Positions 53,763 through 64,000 of a stretch of 64,000 nucleotides of DNA are shown here, piece after piece. How positions within the stretch are numbered: the stretch's first letter is position 1; each line of letters begins with the position of its first letter. The translations under genes were made by a program, and so were the position numbers. The stretch is from Octopus sinensis (lineage: Eukaryota), in contig NC_042997.1 in the NCBI RefSeq assembly GCF_006345805.1, positions 99,634,001 to 99,698,000 of the forward strand, in the 5' to 3' direction. Under the pieces are notes generated by a model. The model ran no database searches and had not been told where the DNA came from. It saw nothing but the letters and a program-made list of their open reading frames with translations.

Positions 53763-56128
53763 CTGTGAAAGAAAAAGAAATAAGATTTTGTTGAAAAAGT
53801 GGCTGTTTTACATGTATGGAAAAATAATGGATGTAAAGCAACTGAAGCAACTTCACACATGTATTCATGCATGCGGGTGTGTATATGTATGCTCACATGA
53901 ATGTATGTTAAACTATACATACAACATACGTATACATATATACATATGCAAAAAAGTATGTACACACACACATACACACACACACACAAACACACACAAA
54001 CACATTATCATCACAATTTTAACATCAACTTTCCTGTGATCAACCAGCCTTCACTTGTTTCCAAGTAATGTAATAATTATAATTACACACACACACACAC
54101 ACACACATTGTTTTACAGCTATTTCCATGTTTCCATGTGTATAATTGGTCAGTTGGTTGACCAGTGAGGAAAAAGAAAAACAAATAGTTGTTTTGTTTTT
54201 CTTATTCCTCACATTTGTCTTTATAGATAATGCCATCCCTACCTGCCCTCATTACTGAACTATGAAAGAAGAGGGAAATCTGCTTTTGAAAACCAAACTG
54301 GGGAAGGCAGAGTTATCTAACTTGCTCAGGGGTGACTACAACACAGAATAAGATTTGAACTTATGACTATATGGTTAGAGGTGAAGCACTTTTAACTTTC
54401 TGAAAGGCAATGAATATACACAGATTGAATATGGTCTGAACACACACTCTCTCTCTCCCCTCCTTACTTTGCATCTAAGCAGACAATGTAGAACATGCAT
54501 AGTTAAGAATGTAATTCACTTAACAACAAATGGAAGTAAGCCAACCGAAATGTAGAATGATGGAATCAATAAATTTTATTATGCATGGTTAAACAGGAAG
54601 TGACAGTCCTTTGAGAAATCATTCTAATAGGCAGAACCTAATAATTTATACTTTGACAAGTTTGAAACAAAGTGCCAGATTATCCTCAAATAAGAATGCA
54701 AAATTCTTCAAGATTTCAGCAGTTCATTGAATTGAAACATTTTCCATCAGTTTCAGCATTCAGTTGTTTGGTTTATCAAACTAACACTTTTGGTACAAAC
54801 CCATTTGAGGTCAATTCTAGCCCTTTAGTGCAAATTTCCTGCTATAAGGTGATCTAAGTTAAAATCATCCCTCAAAATTTCCTGTTAAATTATGTTCCAA
54901 ACACCTGTTTAATAATGTCTAGATTGGGCTAGATGGATCTCAACTAATTGGTATGATGTTTAGACTATGTGCCGCCCCATATTAAAACCAACTTCAAACT
55001 GTGTTTGATAAATATTTATTTATACATGTGCATATCACAATATTTTCATAACTATACAGCTAATTGCCAGGGTTGTATTGCAATCTGCCAGTAGTAAATA
55101 TGCGGTTCATAGTTGAATTAATAATGGATAAGAATGGCTTCAAGAGGTGACAAAATGCTCTGCTCTTCATAGCTGATTCCTTTAACCTCAAGTTGAGCAG
55201 CAAGCAAGGAAACAGTCTTCTCAAGGATTAGTTATCTTTGTTGTGCATCTATCTCTGGTGTATTTGCCTGCACTTCTACTTTTATAACACCCATTTGTGC
55301 AGGAGCATCTGGAACTTTCAATAATATGGAATGATATTGCCACAAGATGACTGGTTAGAATTCAGGGCAAGTAGCCTCATCTGACATGGTTTGATCTTAG
55401 TTTACCAAACCTACATAGTTTCAAATTTAGACCTTGCTACAATAATGACAAATGCATTTTCCCTAACTTCTTCATCACTTTCAAAATTAATTGAAATGAA
55501 GGAATTTCAATAAAGATATGGTAACAAAAGTGTTAAATTAAGTGTAAATAGTCATGTATTCCACAGGTGTATGTACCTTTAACATATTTCTGAGGTTAAA
55601 TTAACACAATACTACATTAACCAAAATTAAAACAGTACAAACCATTAAATAAGGTTTTGTACAAATTTCTGTTGATTCAGTTTAACACACTCACACACAT
55701 CAGGTATGTCTGAGCCTATGGTAATAGAAACATATAAAAGGGTAAAGAACCCCTTCGATCATGAATGAGCATGGGATTGCACCTAGAAAGTTCCCCTCCA
55801 AGGCACAAGTCCGGGTAAGGTTGTTTATGGAAGATCAGCAGTTGCCCATGTATACCAGCCTCTCCACACTCCAATGTTATCTAAAGGAAAGGCAAAGGCC
55901 GATACAGCTTGGCACTAGTGACATTGCAACTCATTTCTACAGCTGCGTGAACTGGAGCAATATGAAATAAAGTGTCTTGCTCAAGAACACAACACACAGC
56001 CCAGTCCAGAAATCAAACTCACTACTTCATGATTGTGAGCTCAATGCTTTAACCACTGAGCGAAGAAAGAAAGAAAGAAAGAAACAAACAAACAAACAAA
56101 CATACACACACACACACACACACACATA

Positions 56129-56496
56129 CAGGGTGACTCAAAAATTGCCATACATAGGAACAATTTATCTTTTTATAAGAAACAGTTTATAAGAAGTTTT
56201 TTTTTTATTATTTAACAGGCTCTATATGGTTACCGTTGTTTTGAATACACATTGCAATACATTTACCCCAACTCATTGGGAACTCATAATAGCACATCTG
56301 GTGATACTTGTGCAAATGAGTTGGTGATGCATTCCTTCAAATGATTTAGGTCTTTTATCTTTCCCCAATACACCATGCCTTTCAAATGCCCCCAAAGATA
56401 GAAATCAAGAGGGATCAGATCAGGGGATCTAGGGGATCTTATAAACTGTGTCTTATAAAAAAATAAATTTTTCTTATGAATGGAGTCTTTTGAATC

Positions 56497-56502
<6 letters not shown>
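56129..56502 (-). mobile_element. Tc1/mariner deletion derivative
   Basis: TA + CAGGGTGACTCAAAA ... TTTTGAATCACCCT; internal PDLIPLDFYLWGHLKGMVY relic. Confidence 0.75.
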
Positions 56503-56543
<41 letters not shown>

Positions 56544-56870
56544 ATATCATCATCATTTAGCGTCCGTTTTCCATGCTAGCATGGGTTGGACGGTTTAACT
56601 GGGGTCTGTGAAGCCGGAAGGCTTCATCAGGCCCAGTCAGATTTAGCAGTGTTTCTACGGCTGGATGCCCTTCCTAACGCCAACCACTCCGTGAGTGTAG
56701 CGGGTGCTTTTTACGTGCCACCTGCACAGGTGCCAGACAGAGCTGGCAAACGGCCACGAACGGATGGTGTTTTTTCGTGCCACCGGCACGGGGGCCAGGC
56801 GAGGCTGGCAACGGACACAAACGGATGGTGCTTTTACGTGCTACCGGCACGGGGGCCAGGCGAGGCTGGC

Positions 56871-56901
<31 letters not shown>

Positions 56902-57113
56902 CTTTTATTTGTTTCAGTCATGATTGTGGCCATGCTGGAGCACTGCCTTTAGTTGATCAAATCGACCCGAGGACTTATTCTTTGTAAGCCATAGTACTTA
57001 GTCTATCAGCGCCTTTTGCTAAATCATTAAGTTACAGGGACATAAACACACTAACATCAGTTGTCAAGCGACACATAGACACACAAACACACACACATAT
57101 ATGTGTATATATA

Positions 57114-57175
<62 letters not shown>

Positions 57176-57502
57176 ATATCATCATCATTTAGCGTCCGTT
57201 TTCCATGCTAGCATGGGTTGGACGGTTTAACTGGGGTCTGTGAAGCCGGAAGGCTTCATCAGGCCCAGTCAGATTTAGCAGTGTTTCTACGGCTGGATGC
57301 CCTTCCTAACGCCAACCACTCCGTGAGTGTAGCGGGTGCTTTTTACGTGCCACCTGCACAGGTGCCAGACAGAGCTGGCAAACGGCCACGAACGGATGGT
57401 GTTTTTTCGTGCCACCGGCACGGGGGCCAGGCGAGGCTGGCAACGGACACAAACGGATGGTGCTTTTACGTGCTACCGGCACGGGGGCCAGGCGAGGCTG
57501 GC

Positions 57503-57533
<31 letters not shown>

Positions 57534-57729
57534 CTTTTATTTGTTTCAGTCATGATTGTGGCCATGCTGGAGCACTGCCTTTAGTTGATCAAATCGACCC
57601 GAGGACTTATTCTTTGTAAGCCATAGTACTTAGTCTATCAGCGCCTTTTGCTAAATCATTAAGTTACAGGGACATAAACACACTAACATCAGTTGTCAAG
57701 CGACACATAGACACACAAACACACACACA

Positions 57730-57792
<63 letters not shown>
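56501..57792. repeat. Tandem duplication, period 632 bp, bounded by (TA)n tracts
   Basis: Identical translated ORFs at 56586/57218 and 56704/57336; cores 56544-57108 and 57176-57740 look identical by eye. Confidence 0.95.
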
Positions 57793-57795
<3 letters not shown>

Positions 57796-57923
57796 GGGCT
57801 TCTTTCAGTTTCTGTCTATCAAATCCACTCACAAGGCTTTGGTCGGCCCGAGACCATACTAGAACACACTTGCCGAAGGTGCTATGCAGGTGCCATGTGG
57901 TTGGTAAAAAAGCTACTTACCAC

Positions 57924-58051
57924 ATATTTTTAAAAATTGGATAGAAATGGCTTTTCTGATAATTTTTCCACTTTAATAATTTATAAACATCATCTAATTA
58001 ATGAAGTGGAAAAATTAGAAAAGTCATTTCTATTCATTTTTCCAAAAATAT
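57924..58051. repeat. AT-rich imperfect inverted repeat (arms of about 55 bp)
   Basis: ATAGAAATGGCTTTTCT..TAATTTTTCCACTT vs AAGTGGAAAAATTAGAAAAGTCATTTCTAT. Confidence 0.75.
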
Positions 58052-58095
58052 AATATTGTACCAAGGACTTTCTATTTCTTAATCTATTATATTAC

Positions 58096-58100
<5 letters not shown>

Positions 58101-58131
<31 letters not shown>

Positions 58132-58179
58132 GCACACACACACACGCATGCACGCACAAACACACACACACAAACACAA

Positions 58180-58235
<56 letters not shown>
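58101..58235. repeat. Compound (TA)n/(CA)n microsatellite
   Basis: Direct reading; abuts the putative splice donor at 58235. Confidence 0.95.
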
Positions 58236-58237
<2 letters not shown>

Positions 58238-58284
58238 GGAGTAAAGAACACTGAATAAAAGTGATTGGATGCTGAATACCACAT
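58236..58284 (-). CDS. Putative first coding exon of an unrecognised small protein (MWYSASNHFYSVFFTP); exon probably 58350-58236 including 5' UTR
   Basis: TTTTATTCCCTTTAACAG acceptor before 58350; in-frame TAG upstream of the ATG; GTGTGT donor in phase 1 matching the next exon. Confidence 0.45.
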
Positions 58285-60096
58285 GCAATGCTAGAAGATT
58301 AAACTTTGGAGAATAGCCGACAAAAGCAGATGTGTGTTATTGATTATAACCTGTTAAAGGGAATAAAACACATCTCAAAAGGAGGACAATTCAAAAGGAA
58401 CGAACGCACTATGAAGATTATAATTGCTGTTGTTGTTGCTGTTGTTACTGTTTAGCTCCAAGTCCAGCTTCTTTCAAGCAAACATGTGATCAAAGGTAAC
58501 TCACCATTGTATAGGTCGTCTACTTTTTTTTTTCTCAACTACATTATTTGCTGTGCCTTTCTTTAAGAAGAAAGACCCAATGGATTTGAGAGAGATTTGA
58601 CTACTATCCTTAGCAGGTTAGATGACCACACAGAGGCACTCTTGTTGTCTCTGATTGATTAGGCAAAGAAATGACACATATGGTGTTGGGTTCAACTCCA
58701 CTGAGTGGCATCTTGAGGAAATGTCTTTTATTATAGTTTCAAATGGACCAGTGCCTTGTCAATGAAATTTGGTAAATAGAAACTGTATGGAAACCAGCTG
58801 TGTGTGGGGGGAGTGTGTGTGTGGGGGAGTGTATGTATGTGTGTGTGGTGGGGGCATGTGTGATGTGTGTGGTGTGTGCGTGTGTGTACATACATGCATA
58901 TATGTATGTATGCATATGTGTCTATATCATCATAATCCTTATTCAAAATTTGTTTGACCCATGCTAGCATGAGTCAGACAGTTTGACAAGATCCACTGAG
59001 CCAGATGACTGCCTTGAGCTCCTGTATCTCTTTTGGCATGTTTCTGTAGCTAGATGCCTTTCCTAACACACATACACATACACACACACACACACAAATA
59101 CACGCACACACATACACACACACTGAGCCTACAACAAACACATTGCTCACACACTTTTGCAGCATTTATCTCAAACTTACATATAGCAGGCCTTTGTCAA
59201 TATATTTTGATAAAATATTTACTCAGCATAACATATTGAGTACTCTCTACTTAGTTCATGAAACCACTTGGAATTCCTCATATTATTTAAATATTTACAC
59301 ACAAGGGATAAACCTGTGAGATTAATACACTGGACTTCTAGACTGCTAGATATGAATCAGGACTTCACACTTTACTAGTTTTAGTTTTATGATGTCTGTC
59401 TGTTCAATTAATATAGCTCTTCACCATCTGTCTGATTGCTAAAAGTGATCCTCTCCAATTTCATAATTAAATTCAATGGTAAGATTTAGAAAAAAAGCTA
59501 CAGAGATTTTAGCAATGGTAAAAACGAAAAAGAAAAAGAAAAAAGGGGAAAGAGAAAGAAAATGAAGTGAGAGAAAAAAACTATTCCAACAAAAATCTCA
59601 TCCATGTTAACATTGACGTATATGTAAAAAAAAAAAAGAAAGTATGAAAAAAAAGGGTTATAAAAATAATTTGACAAAATGTAGAAGATGGGAATTTAAT
59701 TAGTATTAGGTATTCATTCAGCACCTTGAAATAATTAAATAATATCCAGTAGTGTGTCTCTATCAAATCAACAACAGCTATTTACTGATGGCATTTTGCC
59801 CAATTAAAGCTGGATTAGTTAATCTAACCTAATGTTTCTCGATCTTTTTTATGGGTTCCCCTTCTTCATTCATTCTACATTCCTCCTTCATATTCATACT
59901 CATGTGGATTCTCAAAGAAATTAATAATAAACTCGGTGCCTCCTTAGAAATGTTTTCAATCAATACCCACTTGAATAATACCAATGCCCCCTAAGGGCCA
60001 GAACACTCACTTTGAAAATACTGGTCTATTTTTATCTAGCAGTGTTGCCCTTGACTATCTCTCAAATTTGGTTTACCTGTTCAGTGAGAAAACACA

Positions 60097-60121
60097 GAGG
60101 AGGAGGAGGAGGAGGAGGAGG
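60097..60121. repeat. (GAG)n microsatellite
   Basis: Direct reading. Confidence 0.9.
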
Positions 60122-60662
60122 TTCAAGGCTATAGTAAAATTGCAACACAGCTATTCTATCAAACCTTGAAAGGACTTGAAACTGGTCCAACTACTTCTAC
60201 CTCATCTCACTCACCACCCTTTATTCAACATCATTTGGAGACTGTTTGTAAATAATTTCATAGTCTTTAACACATCCAATATTCATCTCGGTACTTTTCC
60301 CCACATGTTTCCAAACAAACCAAATAATGATTTCTCCCACTGGCACAAAGAAGATTTTCAGAGGAGCGTATGAGGGAGGGGGTACATAGTTGATTGAATC
60401 AACTTTCGGTACAAGCCAGGCACTATTTTATTGACCCTGGGAGGGATGAAAGATAAAGTCAATTCTATCAGTGAAATCTCTTAATAATAATTAATTCCTC
60501 TCTTGAATTGGCAAAAGTTCTCCCCTTAAAATATACTCACAGCCACCTGGGGCCAAGCCTATTTGGGGTTATCTATGATATTCCTCAAAAGGAGGAGTCA
60601 GCAACATTGAACAAAACACTGTAGATTTATTTTTTCAAGTACAGTATACAGTATATTGACAA

Positions 60663-63353
60663 CACTAGGCAACCAAATTTTTGCTACTATTAGATGAAAT
60701 GGTGCTAATAGGTAATTTGGGAGTGTTGATTCCGAATCTGCAATCATGTTTTTGCACTATCATTATTATACTGCTTTCAAAATTACAATAATGTGAAAAT
60801 TCATGACAAATAAAATGAATGTTATGTTAAGTGTAAATTACCATTATTTGGTATAAGAACAATAGAAACTAGGTGGACAAGTAACTCTGAAACCAATAAA
60901 ACATAAAACAAAAGTGTAAAGTGAATATTATTAATTTTACGTTTTTCAAAAATAGCTTTGGCATTTTCTTTCATGCTTATGTTGCATGTCTGTTTCTCGT
61001 TTTAAAAATCAGCAGTAGTCTGTCAGCATGTTTGGCTTAAGTCTGCCACTGTAGTGGCTTTCTAGCTCTTTGATTTCTTGATGAAATCATTTACCAAGCT
61101 CATCACTTACATCACCCATATTGGGTGGGAAAAAAGTCAAGATGAGAATGGAGAAATTGAATTTTTAGAGACATTCTTACCCCAAGTTGCTTATAAGCTT
61201 TCAAAAAATCATTCACAATTACAACGTAGTTAGATGATTTTTCATTTCCCCAAAAAATTTTTACAAGAGAAACAAACTTTTCCCAAGCAGTTTTCTCTAC
61301 TGGGCTTAATTTTTCTAGAAAAAGATCATCACAAATTAGTGTGCGAATTTCTGGTCCATTAAAAACACCAGCTTTGATCTTAGCTTCACTCTTGCTAGAA
61401 ACAAATTTTTCATTGAGATAATAATAATATATAATAATAATAATAAAATTATTGTATACGGTGCTCAATTTGAATCCTTCACCGTCTTCAGTCATGGCCT
61501 TAACAAAATTCTTAAACAAGCCAAGTTTAATGTGTAAGGGAAGAAGGTAAATTTTCTGAGGGTCAACTAAAAGGATATATTTAATGTTGCATTTCTCTGG
61601 AGTGAAATCACTTCTCTTTAGCCACTCTTTCTCGTCACAGTGATGCTTGTCATCTCTGCTGCTCCAAAGGCACAAAAAGCACTGATGCTTTGTATACCCC
61701 ATTTGCAACCCAAGACGCAAACCAATAACTTTCAAGTCCCTGCATATATTCCACTTGTGTTCAGAATATTTAATCAAGTGCAAAATTTAATCCATTGATT
61801 CATAAGTTTCCTTTAATCCTACAGCATGTGCTAGTGGTGTTGAAGGTTTTTGCCATTATGCAGCAAAACAACTTTTAGGCTTGCTTTGCTGGAATCTAGG
61901 AAGAGTCTACATTCTTCAGGATTATGACCATACCCCATCTCATGTAGGAGTCTTTCAACATTACAGCAAAAACAAATACCGTCCTTCTCCATAAAAAATT
62001 CATACAATTCTGTATGCTGTTTTCGAAAATAGGAGCATTTTACATCATCATGATACCATTGTTTGAACCTGGAGCCCAGTAGTTCTGACTTTTCTTTCCT
62101 TAAACCCATGTCTTTAAATAATTTAACTCAAGTTCACTTAATAAATGAGGAACTTTTTTTGAAGATCCTGGTTCATCACAATGATCTGCTGTACCACTTG
62201 GTATGCCTTCAATTGAAGTAGATGCAGTACTTTCTTCACTTAAACTTTGTCAAAAGATGAAGGAGGTTCTGGAATTGGAATATTTTCAGCAGCATAAACA
62301 ACTGCTTTTAAAACTGAAGGGCAATCTGGATAATCAATCTTGTATTTGTTCTTCTTAGAGAAACCAGTGATGTTGGTTAAGCAGAAATAACAACCGGTAT
62401 ACTGGTTTGTTGGTTCACGCCATATCATTGGTACTGCAAATGGCATACTTTTCCGTTTACCATTCAGTCATTGAGTTAGTGCTATGTAGCAGTTTTTGCA
62501 ACAAATATAAGGTGCCCATAGTCTATCTTGGTCCCCAATTTTGCACCTAAAGTAAAACTTGTAAGCATTTCAAAATTTCTTTGTATGCTTATTTCTCTGA
62601 TTTTTTTATGTAAATTTTCCACACAAGTAACAAAAGCTGTCCGGGTGATTAACACAAACTTTTCTGCTCATCATAAATACATACAGTAATAACCTAAATC
62701 AACACTAAAGGAAGCCTATCAGCAAACTAAAATATAAAATTTATCAACAATAAATGTTACTATAAAACATCAAAATATATTTCTCAACAAAAAAATCATT
62801 GAAATTATCATAGAATGCACTGAAGCTATGGTTATCATGAAACAATTTTTTTCATCTCAAAATTTCAAACATTGATCACTTTAATAAATAACTAAACTTA
62901 CTACTAAACTAATTTTCATATAACCTGGCTATTTTATTTGATGTACTGTGTTTTAACAGCACTAGCAGTTGTCAAGAAAAGGGAGTCTGAGTAGCTTACT
63001 ATAACCTAATATCAATAGTCTAATGTGAGGAGAACTTTACTATAATTACAGCGATAATAAAGTAAAATAAATTCTCATCTTGTGAGGCAATTTAACAGGT
63101 AGCCTACATTTCCCTCTATCAGCACTTATTTTTGTTTCGGTGATGAGTATATGAATGAAAATCGAAAGCAAATAGCCGACTACTTTGTCAATATTATCAA
63201 TTGGTTGGAAAATCTGATGCTGTGAAATAGCTAAAAACTTATACATGTTGCCTGAAAACTGATGTCAGATTTGAATTCAGTACCCTAAAATTACCCTAAA
63301 ACATCTGAAAAAGTTTATACAGCATGACTAAAAAATTTTTTTGTTGCCCAGTG
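60663..63353 (-). mobile_element. Chapaev3-type (CMC superfamily) DNA transposon, full length, defective
   Basis: Imperfect TIRs CACTAGGCAACCAAATTTTT / CACTGGGCAACAAAAAAATTTTT; subterminal inverted repeats (about 60711-60755 and 63250-63295); flanks CAA/TAA fit a decayed 3-bp TSD; internal transposase. Confidence 0.85.
60940..62674 (-). pseudogene. Chapaev3 transposase pseudogene (stops and frameshifts)
   Basis: N-terminal Zn-finger HPDSFCYLCG..APYICCKNC..WREP..CYFC; core FLDSSKASLK, ICRDLKVI, CFLCLW, PLHIKLG, HSHLDFF, FHQE; ORF fragments 62240-62446, 61831-62109, 61112-61783. Confidence 0.85.
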
Positions 63354-64000
63354 TAATGTATAGGCTTAAATCTTTCTGTCTGAGATGTGGTCACTTCTGA
63401 TTCATTTCTTCAACTAATTACAAGTCTTCTATTAAAATAATGATTTCTTAATTGAAATAAGGATGTAAATTCATAAAGGAGGAATGTCATTATTTGAATT
63501 TATTTTAGTATTTTTCATCTTTTACATGTTTCAGTCATTGGGCTGTGGCCATGCTGGGGCGTTCCCTTGAAGGGTCTATTAAACAAATAGAGCCCAGTAT
63601 TTATTTTTAAGTCTGATGCTTATTCTATCGGTTTCTTTTGCCAAACCACTAAGTAATGAGGATGTGAACAAACCAACACCAGTTGTCAAAAGGTGGTAGG
63701 GGACAAACACAAACGCACACACATAATTGTTGTTTGAGCAGCACAAGCCTTAGTAATTATTACCAAAGAGTAAAAAAATCATACAATAATACAAATCTTT
63801 TCCATGAAAACGTTAAATCATTTGTTGATAAATCTAGGCTTGCTTCCCAACCACATGGTTCCAGGATCAGTCCTACTGCGTGGCATCTTGGGCGAGTGTC
63901 TTCTACTATCGCCCCAAGCTGACCAAAGCCTTGTGAATGGATTTGGTATACAGAAACTGAAAGAAGCTTGTCGTATATATATATATATATATATATATAT

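Noticed and set aside
55140-55440. Coding-like segment considered as an extra exon of the third gene
   Set aside because: No compatible acceptor/donor pair with an open frame found by eye; likely a retroelement relic
56586-57619. Two identical 133-aa ORFs suggesting a tandem gene pair
   Set aside because: Antisense readings of RTE tail, microsatellite and SINE inside the 632-bp duplication

Overview
AT-rich animal genomic DNA packed with SINEs, RTE-LINE tails, MITEs and microsatellites. The repeat landscape resembles an octopod cephalopod, but this is inference only. Three spliced genes can be read by hand. (1) A complete 7-exon proteasome beta-5 gene (PSMB5, minus strand, 27552->8209, 282 aa, includes a 30-nt microexon). 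(2) A 2-exon, 67-aa SMIM13-like membrane microprotein (plus strand, 28263->37889), absent from the ORF track and head-to-head with PSMB5 across a 710-bp interval containing palindromic ETS-type sites. (3) A minus-strand gene of unrecognised family (exons 58236-58350, 53680-53762, 50086-50205) that would encode an 83-aa protein if the first exon is right. Mobile DNA includes a full-length but dead Chapaev3 transposon, mariner, maT-like, Tigger and Merlin relics, two 220-bp piggyBac-type MITE families, a hAT MITE and a fold-back mariner hairpin in PSMB5 intron 1. A 632-bp tandem duplication lies at 56.5-57.8 kb. Almost all other ORFs in the track are spurious or repeat-derived. No rRNA, functional tRNA or CRISPR array was seen. 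All alignments were done by eye; repeat boundaries without TSDs are approximate.
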